From NCBI GenBank assembly GCA_017456625.1, contig JAFTJB010000140.1:1-54657 (forward strand): 54,657 bases of DNA, in the 5' to 3' direction. The notes under the pieces are model-generated. The model saw only the letters and a program-made list of their open reading frames with translations, was not told the DNA's origin and made no database searches. The position numbers and the translations under genes were made by a program. Numbering within the stretch: the first letter of the stretch is position 1; each line of letters starts with the position of its first letter. Positions 17,924 to 26,940 of this stretch are shown here, one piece after another. The stretch is from Clostridia bacterium (GTDB lineage Bacteria; Bacillota; Clostridia; Oscillospirales; CAG-272).

Positions 17924-18523
17924 TTATTGGAAATGTGTATCAGTTTCATGGCGTAGCATTTCATTACAAGCTGTGCTTTCCTTTTTCCAATAGTAGCGAT
18001 AAAGGAATAGCAAAAGTCCGATGTATATCACTGCATACATGAGATAGCAAGCTGTAAATGCAAGATAATCACCGAATATGGTGTTTCCAAATTGTCGCAC
18101 ATCATTCATTCTGCCGGACCAAATCAAGTAGGTCTGCTCATAAAGGAAGGATGGTGCGAGCGCGAGCATACCAAAACCGTCGAGCAAGCCAAGTTTTGCG
18201 AGGCAAAGGAGAAACCGCAGAACTTCACCCGGTAAGATCAATTTTGTGGCGCTTTTGATCCATTGCGATTTGTTCTCGCTCGGCTGATATTGGAACGCCA
18301 CTCTCTTTCTCATATAATAATACCAATGAATTCCAAGCGGAACACCATAGCAAATGATGACGAGCAACAACCACATCAAAAAGGCGGTGAAGACAGAATT
18401 TCCAAGCGGTTTGATCGCAAATTTCGCAACCATTGCAACCAAAAATGTGGCAATCATATTCAACGCCATGGAGGCGAATCCAAATAGAAAAATTTCCGTA
18501 AAGGGAATTTTATTGCGCTTCAT
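17924..18523 (-). CDS. Orphan multi-pass membrane protein, visibly AT-richer than flanks
   Basis: 199 aa, about 4 hydrophobic segments, strong AAAGGAGG RBS; no family recognised. Confidence 0.7.
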   Translation of the reverse strand: MKRNKIPFTEIFLFGFASMALNMIATFLVAMVAKFAIKPLGNSVFTAFLMWLLLVIICYGVPLGIHWYYYMRKRVAFQYQPSENKSQWIKSATKLILPGEVLRFLLCLAKLGLLDGFGMLALAPSFLYEQTYLIWSGRMNDVRQFGNTIFGDYLAFTACYLMYAVIYIGLLLFLYRYYWKKESTACNEMLRHETDTHFQ

Positions 18524-18544
18524 GTTTCTTCCTCCTTTTGTTTA

Positions 18545-18616
18545 AAATTCTTGAAAGAGAGTGGGGGTGCGGGGGAGAGAGGAAACTTCTTTTATGAAGT
18601 TTCATCTCTCCCCCGC
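18545..18616 (-). repeat. REP-like hairpin+tail element, copy B (inverted relative to copy A)
   Basis: Minus strand reads GCGGGGGAGAGATGAAAACTTC-ATAAAA-GAAGTTTCCTCTCTCCCCCGC-ACCCCCACTCTCTTTCAAGAATTT. Confidence 0.7.
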
Positions 18617-18631
18617 GAATAACCATTACTG

Positions 18632-19765
18632 TTACTCCTCCAACCCTTCATAGACGAGGTCGCGGATGGCGGTATGGATCACGCGGTAGCCATAGCCGCA
18701 GTTCATGATCTCCGTGCCAAAGTAGATGGCGACGCGGTTGAAGGGATCGATCATGACGTAAGCATTTGCGGCACCGTCCCAGCCGAATTCACCGACGGGG
18801 CTTTTGGCGAGGGAGACGGTATCGTTCATATGCGCTCTTCCGCAAAGTCCCCAGCCATAGCCGTAGAGGCGCTTGTGGGTCGAAATGAAATCAGTGAGTG
18901 CATCGTCGCAGAGTCGGTTTTTCGTCATCATATCGATGGTCTCGGGGCGCAGGATGCGGTAGCCGTCCTTGGTCGCGCCGCCGTTTGCGATCACGGCGAT
19001 GATCTTGATGTATTCATCCACGGAAGCGAAGAGCCCCGCTCCGCCGCTATCGTAATTGGGCGTGAGCGTGTATTTGTTCTGCAGAGGGATCTCGGTGGCT
19101 GTGTAAAAGCCCGTATTGTAGGTATACATGGATACAAAGCGGGATTTTTGCTCCTCGTTTGGGAAAAAGCCCATATCCTTGATCCCGATTGGCTTGAAGA
19201 TAAGCATATCGAGATAATCGAGGAAGCGCATGCCCGAAACGACCTCCACAACGCCTGCAAGGACGTCGTGGCAGAGGCTATATTGGAAGTGTGTGCCCGG
19301 CTCAAAGTCCAATGGAAGCTTTGCCATTGCGCGAACAACGTCGAGCGTGCTTGCGTTTGGCGTACGTGCCTCTAAAAGCTCCTTTTGCTTGAGATCGTAG
19401 GAGAGACCGCCCGTCATGGTGAAGAGATGCAGAACGGTCATTTCGTTCTTGGCAGGAGCGAGCGTGCCGTCCGCTTGCTTGACCTTCACATTCTTGAATT
19501 CGGGAACGTACTTGTACACGGGATCGTCAAGAGAGAGCTTGCCCTCCTCAACGAGGCGCATTGCGGCAATACAGGTAATGACCTTGGTCGCCGAGAAGAT
19601 CCAATACAGATCGCGATGGGACACGGGTCTTGTCTTTGCGGCGTCGGCATATCCGACACCCGTGCGGTAAACGATCTCACCGTCCTTGGCAACTGCCAAC
19701 TCACAACCGGGGTAGCCGCGCTCCGGCATTTTTTGCATAAAATCGTCAAGCTTTTTAAAATTCAT
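18632..19765 (-). CDS. Serine hydrolase, beta-lactamase class C/esterase family
   Basis: SATK (SxxK), HLFTMTGGL, FEPGTHFQYS, GGAGL, GEFGWDGAA. Confidence 0.9.
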   Translation of the reverse strand: MNFKKLDDFMQKMPERGYPGCELAVAKDGEIVYRTGVGYADAAKTRPVSHRDLYWIFSATKVITCIAAMRLVEEGKLSLDDPVYKYVPEFKNVKVKQADGTLAPAKNEMTVLHLFTMTGGLSYDLKQKELLEARTPNASTLDVVRAMAKLPLDFEPGTHFQYSLCHDVLAGVVEVVSGMRFLDYLDMLIFKPIGIKDMGFFPNEEQKSRFVSMYTYNTGFYTATEIPLQNKYTLTPNYDSGGAGLFASVDEYIKIIAVIANGGATKDGYRILRPETIDMMTKNRLCDDALTDFISTHKRLYGYGWGLCGRAHMNDTVSLAKSPVGEFGWDGAANAYVMIDPFNRVAIYFGTEIMNCGYGYRVIHTAIRDLVYEGLEE

Positions 19766-19783
19766 GGGCTCTCCTTTTTGGGA

Positions 19784-19927
19784 TCAGTGGTGGTGTACGA
19801 AGGTTTCAATAATAAAGGTTGCGATATAAACGAGCACGCCCGAGGCGACGAGCCCCGCCATGACGAGTGCGAGGATGCGGACGGGCTTGGAATAAGACGA
19901 GGTAAAGTTTTTATTTTTCTTTTCCAT
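19784..19927 (-). CDS. Small single-TM membrane protein (47 aa)
   Basis: Below the ORF-track cut-off. Manual translation MEKKNKNFTSSYSKPVRILALVMAGLVASGVLVYIATFIIETFVHHH*; GAAAGGT RBS; fills the gap between the topoisomerase and hydrolase genes. Confidence 0.7.
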   Translation of the reverse strand: MEKKNKNFTSSYSKPVRILALVMAGLVASGVLVYIATFIIETFVHHH

Positions 19928-19948
19928 TTCGGTAATACCTTTCATCAA

Positions 19949-22141
19949 TCAGCCGAGGTTCACGCCTGCGGCGGGAATTTTGATCTTTTTGAGCCCCTTT
20001 CCACTGTCGGGGATCTTTTCGGGATCGTTGGTCGCACTGACGAGCTTTTGTCCTGCCTTGAGTGACATGAGCTGAACACCGCCCGAGGTGCGGGTGGACT
20101 TGATCGGAATGAGCGAGGATTTGATGACGATCGCGCGGTTATCGGTGGAGGTTAGCATGATGTCCATGGGTGTCTTCTCGTAGAATGCCGCGACGATGGG
20201 GGAGGACTTGGAGAAAACGGAGGTCAGCTTGCGGCGGTTACCCGTGATCTCATACGCGGATGCGGGAATACGCACGCCCTTACCGTTTTCAAAGATAAAG
20301 ATGAAGTTTTCCTTTTCGGGATAGCTGTTCTGAATATTCATCAGAACGGGCTTCTCGTCACCCGCCTTATCAAACTTAACGGGGAGATATTCACCGAGCG
20401 CGGATGCCTTGCAGGTGTCAAAATCGTCTGCCTTGAAGCGGTACATCTGTGCCTTTTCGGTCAGGAAGATCAGATTGTCTACGTTTTCACCGTCCATGAT
20501 GCTGAGGATCTCGTCACCGTCCTTGCATTTCTGCTCGTCGTTGCCGCGCAGGGATTGGAAGGTGATCTTCTTGAAGTAGCCTTCACGGGTCAGAACAAAG
20601 CGCGCGTTGTAGTTTTCTACGTGCTCGTCCTCGTTGTAGACCTGAACGCCCTCGGAATCGATGATCTGGGTCATTCTGGGCTTGCCGTATTTCTTCTTGA
20701 TCTCGGTGAGCTGCTTGATGATGAGCGCCTTTTGCTTGAGCTCGTCCGCGAGGATCGACTTGATATCCTCGATCTGCTGTTGGAGATCCTTGATCTCGGA
20801 CATACGGTTGAGGAGGTACTCGTGGTTGAGGTTACGGAGCTTGATATCCGCGATATAGTTTGCCTGGATCTCATCGATGTCAAAGCCCTTCATGAGGTTG
20901 GGAACGACGTTCTCTTCTTTCTCGGTATGACGAATGATGCGGATTGCCTTGTCGATATCGAGAAGGATGCTGCCGAACGCCATGAGCAGGTGAAGCTTGT
21001 CCTCTTTTTTCTTGAGGTCGTATGCGAGCTCGCGGCAGAGGCAGGTCAAACGGAAGCGGATCCACTCCTTGAGGATATCGATCAGACCGAGGGTGCGCGG
21101 GGTGGAATCGATCAGGACGTTGAAGTTGCACTTGAAGCTGTCCTCGAGAGGCGTGAGCTTGAAGAGCTTGGTCATGAGCTTATCGGGATCCACACCCTTA
21201 CGGATGTCGAGGGTCAGCTTAAATCCGTTGAGGTCAATCTCGTCGCGGAAATCGGTGATCTCCTTGATCTTTCCCTCCTTGTAAAGAGCGGCAAGCTTGG
21301 CGAGGATAAGCTCAATGGTGGTGGAATAGGGGATCTGCAAAATGTCGATGCAGTTTGCAGCCTTGTCGTAGGTATAGCGCGCGCGCATTCTGACCGATCC
21401 CTGTCCCGTTGTGTAGATGCGATACATCTCCTCGCGGTCATAGAGAATGGATGCGCCGCCCGAGAAATCGGGTGCTTTGACGATCTCCATCATTTTTTCC
21501 ACGGGGAGCTTGGGGTTGCGCAGGAGGGCAATGGTGCCGTCGCAGATCTCCGCGAGGTTGAAGGAGCAGATGTTGGATGCCATACCGACCGCGATTCCCA
21601 TGTTGGGCATGACGAGAATGTTGGGGAAGGTGGTGGGGAGGAGAACGGGCTCCTTTAAGGTGGCATCGTAGTTATCCACCATATCCACCGCATCGTGGTC
21701 GATGCCCGAGAACAGCTCCTGACAAATGGTATCGAGCTTACACTCGGTGTAACGCGGCGCGGCGTATTTCATGTCCGAGGAGTATTGCTTACCGAAGGAG
21801 CCCTTGGAGTCGACGAGCGGATGGAGCAGAGTCGCGTTTCCGCGTGTCAGACGTACCATCGTCTCATAGATGGAGGCATCTCCGTGCGGATGGAGCTTCA
21901 TGGTCTGTCCCACGATATTCGCGCTCTTGGTTCTCGGACCTGTCAGCAGTCCCATTTTATACATGGTATAAAGGAGCTTGCGGTGCGAGGGCTTGAGTCC
22001 GTCGATTTCGGGGATCGCACGCGAAACAATGACACTCATGACGTAGGGCATGTAGTTCTTTTCGATCGTTTCGGTGATCGGCTGATACGAGATGGGTGCG
22101 TAAACGATTTCTTTCTTTTCTACTTTTTTCTTTTTTGCCAT
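19949..22141 (-). CDS. Type IIA DNA topoisomerase subunit A (GyrA/ParC family), stand-alone
   Basis: SRAIPEIDGLKPSHR, KSANIVG, HPHGDASIY, AAPRYTE (catalytic Tyr), GIAVGMASNI, APDF.GG; degenerate C-terminal pinwheel; no B subunit adjacent. Confidence 0.9.
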   Translation of the reverse strand: MAKKKKVEKKEIVYAPISYQPITETIEKNYMPYVMSVIVSRAIPEIDGLKPSHRKLLYTMYKMGLLTGPRTKSANIVGQTMKLHPHGDASIYETMVRLTRGNATLLHPLVDSKGSFGKQYSSDMKYAAPRYTECKLDTICQELFSGIDHDAVDMVDNYDATLKEPVLLPTTFPNILVMPNMGIAVGMASNICSFNLAEICDGTIALLRNPKLPVEKMMEIVKAPDFSGGASILYDREEMYRIYTTGQGSVRMRARYTYDKAANCIDILQIPYSTTIELILAKLAALYKEGKIKEITDFRDEIDLNGFKLTLDIRKGVDPDKLMTKLFKLTPLEDSFKCNFNVLIDSTPRTLGLIDILKEWIRFRLTCLCRELAYDLKKKEDKLHLLMAFGSILLDIDKAIRIIRHTEKEENVVPNLMKGFDIDEIQANYIADIKLRNLNHEYLLNRMSEIKDLQQQIEDIKSILADELKQKALIIKQLTEIKKKYGKPRMTQIIDSEGVQVYNEDEHVENYNARFVLTREGYFKKITFQSLRGNDEQKCKDGDEILSIMDGENVDNLIFLTEKAQMYRFKADDFDTCKASALGEYLPVKFDKAGDEKPVLMNIQNSYPEKENFIFIFENGKGVRIPASAYEITGNRRKLTSVFSKSSPIVAAFYEKTPMDIMLTSTDNRAIVIKSSLIPIKSTRTSGGVQLMSLKAGQKLVSATNDPEKIPDSGKGLKKIKIPAAGVNLG

Positions 22142-22192
22142 GTTATGACGAAATTCCTCTCTGTTCGTAATTTGCGAGTAGAGTGAGATCGG

Positions 22193-23230
22193 TCAATCGA
22201 TCTCTCGGATCGTATGTGCCGCGGCGCGGATCATACGGTTATAAAGCGCGAGTCCCAACCCGTCTGTGGGCGGGAGATGCGCATAAATGATCTCTGCGTC
22301 GGTTGCATCCGCCTCTCGGAGGGCGCGGAAGAGACATTTTGCCTGCGCGGCAATGTCATCTTTTTTACCGACGGAGATCAGATTGTTCTGCTTTAAGTGT
22401 GCCAACTCCTCGTCATAGCAAAGGATGGCGCAATTTTTTGTTTTCTGCTCCTTTAGCAAGAAGGAAAGCACACGCGCGTCCTCTCCCTTGAGCAGCACGA
22501 CGGGAGCTTTGGGCGCGTAGTGGCGGTATTTCATCCCGGGGGAGAGCGGTCGCTCGTTTTCGGCAAGCTTGTGCAGGACCGCGTCCGCGACCGTGACGTG
22601 CTCGGCAACCATGCAGAGCGCATCGTAAGTAATGCCGCCCGGGCGAAGGAGCGTGAGAGAGTTGCCCGAAACGGACACGATGGTGGATTCCAACCCGATG
22701 TCGCACTCTCCGCCGTCGATGATCATATCGACCTTGCCCGAGAGATCCTCACGAACGTGCTCGGCGCAGGTGGGGGAGGGCTTGCCCGAAATGTTAGCCG
22801 AGGGCGCGGCAATGGGGAGCCCTGCCAATTCGATGAGCTTGTGCGCCACGGGATGTGATGGACAGCGCAGGGCGACCGTCTCGAGTCCGCCCGTTGCGGA
22901 TGTGGGAACGATCTCGCGCTTGGGGAGGACAACGGTGAGCGGTCCCGGCATAAACGCGCGTGCCAAACGGTAATAAAGCTCGCTCGTATAGGCATATTTT
23001 TCGGCATCCTCGGGGGTGGCGAGATGCAGGATGAGGGGGTTGTCGGAGGGACGCCCCTTTGCAGCGTAGATCTTTTTTGCGGCATCCGCGTCAAGTCCGT
23101 TTCCACCGAGTCCGTAGACGGTTTCGGTGGGGAAAACGACCAGTCCGCCCGTGCGAAGGATCTCTGCCGCCTCCTTGAGCGTGGAGAGCTCTTGGGCAGG
23201 GTCATGTACGGTTACAATTTTCGTGTTCAA
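22193..23230 (-). CDS. sua5: L-threonylcarbamoyladenylate synthase (Sua5/YwlC)
   Basis: FPTETVYGLG, AKGRPSDNPLI, PGPLT, AAPSANISGKPSPT, SPGMKYRHYAP; TTG start after GAGGTG. Confidence 0.93.
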   Translation of the reverse strand: MNTKIVTVHDPAQELSTLKEAAEILRTGGLVVFPTETVYGLGGNGLDADAAKKIYAAKGRPSDNPLILHLATPEDAEKYAYTSELYYRLARAFMPGPLTVVLPKREIVPTSATGGLETVALRCPSHPVAHKLIELAGLPIAAPSANISGKPSPTCAEHVREDLSGKVDMIIDGGECDIGLESTIVSVSGNSLTLLRPGGITYDALCMVAEHVTVADAVLHKLAENERPLSPGMKYRHYAPKAPVVLLKGEDARVLSFLLKEQKTKNCAILCYDEELAHLKQNNLISVGKKDDIAAQAKCLFRALREADATDAEIIYAHLPPTDGLGLALYNRMIRAAAHTIREID

Positions 23231-23255
23231 AAGAAACACCTCGATCAAAGTGATT

Positions 23256-24326
23256 TTATTGGGCTTGCGCCTTGAGCTTTTCGGCGGTATCGGCTGTGGC
23301 AAGCGCGTCGATCATACCGCCAATGTCGCCGTCAAGAAAGCGGTCGAGCGAATAGAGCGTGAGGGAAATGCGATGATCGGTGATCCGTCCCTGCGGATAG
23401 TTGTAGGTGCGGATGCGCTCACTGCGATCTCCCGTGCCAACCTGCTTTTGTCGGTCGGAGGCGATCTGCTCGGTCTGCTCACGGAGCTTGCGGTCGTAGA
23501 GGATCGAGGCAAGCATTTTCATTGCCTTATCCTTGTTTTTGAATTGGCTTCTTTCCTGCTGACACTCCACAACGATGCCCGTGGGCTTGTGGATGAGACG
23601 AACGGCAGATTCGGTCTTGTTGATGTGCTGACCGCCCGCGCCGCTCGATTTGCAGGTCTCCATGATGATATCCGCGGGATTGAGATCGACCGATACCGCC
23701 TCGACCTCGGGTAAGACCGCAACCGTTGCCGTGGAGGTCTGGATGCGCCCTTGCGATTCGGTCTCGGGAACGCGCTGAACACGGTGAACGCCGCTCTCAA
23801 ACTTGAAGCGTGAGTATGCGCCGTCTCCCTCGACCTGAAATACGATCTCGCGGTAGCCGCCAAGCTCGGTTGGATTTTGATTCATGACCGTGCAGGAAAA
23901 GCCCTCTGCGGTGGCGTACATGGTGTACATACGGTACAAAACCGCCGCAAAGAGAGCCGCTTCCTCGCCGCCCGCACCCGCGCGGATCTCGACAATGACG
24001 TTTTTCTCGTCGTTGGGATCGCGGGGGAGGAGCAGAACAGTAAATTCGCGGTAGAGCTGCTCGGTCTGTGTCTTGGCATCCTTGAGCTGCTCATCCGCAA
24101 GCGCGCACAGCTCGGGATCGGAGGAGTCGGAGAGGATCGCCAACGCTTCCTCATACGCCTCCTCTGCCGCAACGTACGCGCGGTATTTTTCAATGATGGG
24201 GGTCAGAGATTTATATTCCTTCATGACGGCGACGTACCGATCGGTGTCTGCCATGACGGAGGGATTGGAGAGGGAAGCCTCCAAATGCTCGTATTTTGCT
24301 TCGGCTTCCCGCAATTTGCTCAGCAT
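23256..24326 (-). CDS. prfA: Peptide chain release factor 1
   Basis: EIRAGAGGEEA, ESGVHRVQRVPETE (PxT), GAGGQHINKT, DRSERIRTYNYPQGR. Confidence 0.97.
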   Translation of the reverse strand: MLSKLREAEAKYEHLEASLSNPSVMADTDRYVAVMKEYKSLTPIIEKYRAYVAAEEAYEEALAILSDSSDPELCALADEQLKDAKTQTEQLYREFTVLLLPRDPNDEKNVIVEIRAGAGGEEAALFAAVLYRMYTMYATAEGFSCTVMNQNPTELGGYREIVFQVEGDGAYSRFKFESGVHRVQRVPETESQGRIQTSTATVAVLPEVEAVSVDLNPADIIMETCKSSGAGGQHINKTESAVRLIHKPTGIVVECQQERSQFKNKDKAMKMLASILYDRKLREQTEQIASDRQKQVGTGDRSERIRTYNYPQGRITDHRISLTLYSLDRFLDGDIGGMIDALATADTAEKLKAQAQ

Positions 24327-24347
24327 AATCGGGAGATCCTTTCGTGA

Positions 24348-25736
24348 TTATGCGCGATAGAAGGCGCAGAACGCGCGGTGTCCTTCATAGAGATCTACCT
24401 TGGAGATGACCTCGTAAGGCGCGTGCATGGAGAGCACGCCGACGCCGATGTCAATGGTATCGATGTTGAGCTTTGCCATATACTTGGCGACGGTTCCGCC
24501 GCCGCCCGCATCAACACGGCCGAGCTCGCAGGTCTGCCAGACCACTCCCGCCTCATTGAGGACACGGCGCACCCAAGCGACCATTTCCGCGCTTGCATCG
24601 GAGGTTCCGCTCTTGCCGCGCGAGCCTGTGAACTTGCAAACCGAGATGCCGCAGCCGATCAGAGACGCGTTACGCTTTTCGTATACGTCGGCAAAGTTGG
24701 GATCAAAGGTAGCGGTCACGTCGCTGGAGAAGCATTTGGAATTTGAGCGGACGAGTGCCTCGTTTGCGCCGAGTGCGCGGGAGAGCTCGGTGATGAGGTC
24801 GCTGATGAGCTGACACTGCATACCCGTGACACCGTCGCTACCCGTTTCCTCCTTGTCCACAAGAATGCACATGCTTGTGTGAGCGGCATCGGGAGTGTCA
24901 AGAAGTGCAGTAAGCGAGGGATACGCACAAACGCGGTCATCGTGACCGTAAGCGCCGATCATGGATCGGTCAAAGCCAACGTCACGTGCCTTTGCGGCGG
25001 GAACGATGCAAAGCTCTGCCGATTGCAGATCCTCTTCCACGATGCCGTAGGTCTCGTAGAGATAATGGAGCACACCTGCCTTGACAGCCTCGCCGTCCTC
25101 ATCCTCCAAGGGCATACTGCCGACGAGGATGTTGAGCTTTTCACCCGAGAACGCCTTGGAAACGGGTTTTTCGTTTTCTGCTGCCGCCAGGTGGGGGAGA
25201 AGATCGGTGATATACATCACGGGATCGGTGTCGTTTTCACCGACCGTGAGCTTGACCGTCTCGCCGTTCTGCTTGACGACCACGCCGTGAAGTGCGAGAG
25301 GCATTGCAAGCCACTGATATTTGCGAATGCCGCCGTAGTAATGCGTTTTGAGAAAGCTCATGCCTCCTTCCTCGTAGAGAGGGACCTGCTTGAGATCGAG
25401 ACGGGGGGCATCCAGATGTGCGGCGGTAATGCGCATACCGCTCTCAAGCGGCTCCGTGCCGATGCGGAAGAGATAGAGATTCTTGCCGCGGTTGTTGTAG
25501 TAATACTTGTCGCCTGCCTTGAGAGACGTACCGAACCGATAGGGCAGAAATCCCTTTGCCTCAGCCAGCGCGATCGCGCTTTCCACAGCCTCGCGCTCGG
25601 TCTTGGAGCTGTCGAGGAAGGCGGTATATCCCTTGGCGTATTCATATGCCTCTGCTACGGTCTCGCGACCTGCCTTTTCATAAACGGTCTTCTTTTCGTA
25701 GCGGAGCTTTTCAACCTTGCTTTTCTTTTCGGACAT
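24348..25736 (-). CDS. M18 family aminopeptidase
   Basis: SKTERE, AHLDAPRLDLK, THYYGGIRKYQW, GHDDRVC, DKEETGS, GGGGTVA, SMHAPYE. Confidence 0.92.
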   Translation of the reverse strand: MSEKKSKVEKLRYEKKTVYEKAGRETVAEAYEYAKGYTAFLDSSKTEREAVESAIALAEAKGFLPYRFGTSLKAGDKYYYNNRGKNLYLFRIGTEPLESGMRITAAHLDAPRLDLKQVPLYEEGGMSFLKTHYYGGIRKYQWLAMPLALHGVVVKQNGETVKLTVGENDTDPVMYITDLLPHLAAAENEKPVSKAFSGEKLNILVGSMPLEDEDGEAVKAGVLHYLYETYGIVEEDLQSAELCIVPAAKARDVGFDRSMIGAYGHDDRVCAYPSLTALLDTPDAAHTSMCILVDKEETGSDGVTGMQCQLISDLITELSRALGANEALVRSNSKCFSSDVTATFDPNFADVYEKRNASLIGCGISVCKFTGSRGKSGTSDASAEMVAWVRRVLNEAGVVWQTCELGRVDAGGGGTVAKYMAKLNIDTIDIGVGVLSMHAPYEVISKVDLYEGHRAFCAFYRA

Positions 25737-25755
25737 GATGGTGTTCCTTTCTTGA

Positions 25756-26337
25756 TTAGGAGTTAAAATACAAACGCTGATAGAGCGCGGCGGCATCCGC
25801 TACCTCCTCGACGTAATCGGCGGTCGCCTCGTCGGGGATGTTTTGGAGTCTGCCTTGCTCGGTGACGTAAGTAGGATCGGCAAGCCACGCGTCAACTGCG
25901 CCCTCTCCCGCGAAATACGCGGCGTAAACGGTCTCCCAAACGCCGTATTTTTGGTAGAGTGAGGAGATCTTGGCAGTTCCCGCACGGAGATTGGTGGCGG
26001 GATCGTAGAGCATCCCCGCATTGACGTTTCCCTCGCCGAGGAGGTCACGGCAAATGGCTTGAAACTGATCGGGAGTGAGCTGCATGAGCCCAATCTCGCC
26101 GTCTCCCGATACATAATTGCTTGCAAAATCGCTCTCCACGCAAACGATCGCCCAAAGATTTGCCTCGGGAATGGCAAATTCCTCGGCATTTGCGCGGATC
26201 TCTGCACAATACTGCTCCACGATGGGGTGGTTATGCTTTTCGATCGCCGTGGCAATGGCATCAAAGGCAAAGCCGAAGCCGATCGAGACCGCGAGCAGCA
26301 CCGCAAATGCGATCAGACGACGGTAGGTGATCTTCAC
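25756..26337 (-). CDS. Lytic transglycosylase (SLT domain) with N-terminal membrane anchor
   Basis: VESDF (catalytic Glu), GLMQL, LYDPATNL, AAYFAG; overlaps the coaE stop. Confidence 0.85.
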   Translation of the reverse strand: MKITYRRLIAFAVLLAVSIGFGFAFDAIATAIEKHNHPIVEQYCAEIRANAEEFAIPEANLWAIVCVESDFASNYVSGDGEIGLMQLTPDQFQAICRDLLGEGNVNAGMLYDPATNLRAGTAKISSLYQKYGVWETVYAAYFAGEGAVDAWLADPTYVTEQGRLQNIPDEATADYVEEVADAAALYQRLYFNS

Positions 26338-26936
26338 GGAGTCAGTACCCCCGTTTCCTCAAGGATTCTGCGCACGGCAGGGAGGACGTTGTTCGTACCG
26401 TCGTTGTTTTCAATGATATAATCCGAATGGGTGCGGAAGAACTCGTCGCTCTTCTGTGATGCCATTCGACGGAGTGCGGCATCATGCTCGATCCCGTCGC
26501 GACGAACGATGCGTTCCACGCGCGTTTCCTTGTCTGCAAGGACAGAGACGATGATGTTGCAATCCTTATTTGCCCCAGCCTCAAAGAGCTGTGGCGCGTC
26601 GAGTACGGCGGCAAGCATCCCGTCACGGCGGTAGTCATCCAGCTTTTTGCGGATGGCTGCCATAACGTATGCGTGTGTGATTTGATTAAGCTGCGTGAGC
26701 GCCTGCTCGTCGGAAAAGACGAGCTCGCCCAACGCCCTTCGGTCCAGCGTGCCGCCGGGTGTCAGAATTTGCGGTCCAAAGGTATAGACCAATTCGTTCA
26801 GACACGCGGAGGGGGGGATGAGTAGCGCGTGATATACGTCGTCCGCGTTGATCACGGGAATTCCGTGCGCCGCGAAGACGTCACTGACCACACCCTTACC
26901 AGCACCCGTAGGACCTGTCAGTCCGATTACGAGCAT
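26334..26936 (-). CDS. coaE: Dephospho-CoA kinase
   Basis: IGLTGPTGAGKG, LDRRALGELVF, LNQITH, DAPQLFE, RIVRRDG, RMASQ. Confidence 0.93.
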   Translation of the reverse strand: MLVIGLTGPTGAGKGVVSDVFAAHGIPVINADDVYHALLIPPSACLNELVYTFGPQILTPGGTLDRRALGELVFSDEQALTQLNQITHAYVMAAIRKKLDDYRRDGMLAAVLDAPQLFEAGANKDCNIIVSVLADKETRVERIVRRDGIEHDAALRRMASQKSDEFFRTHSDYIIENNDGTNNVLPAVRRILEETGVLTP

Positions 26937-26940
26937 AAAT

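Noticed and set aside
16702-19765. Antibiotic-resistance interpretation of the APH-fold kinase and beta-lactamase-fold hydrolase
   Set aside because: Motifs fit sugar-kinase-like and cytoplasmic esterase-like members; no signal peptide on the hydrolase and no transposase or integrase context.
23256-24326. Programmed frameshift in a release factor
   Set aside because: This is RF1 (PxT motif) in one uninterrupted frame; the frameshift is an RF2 feature.
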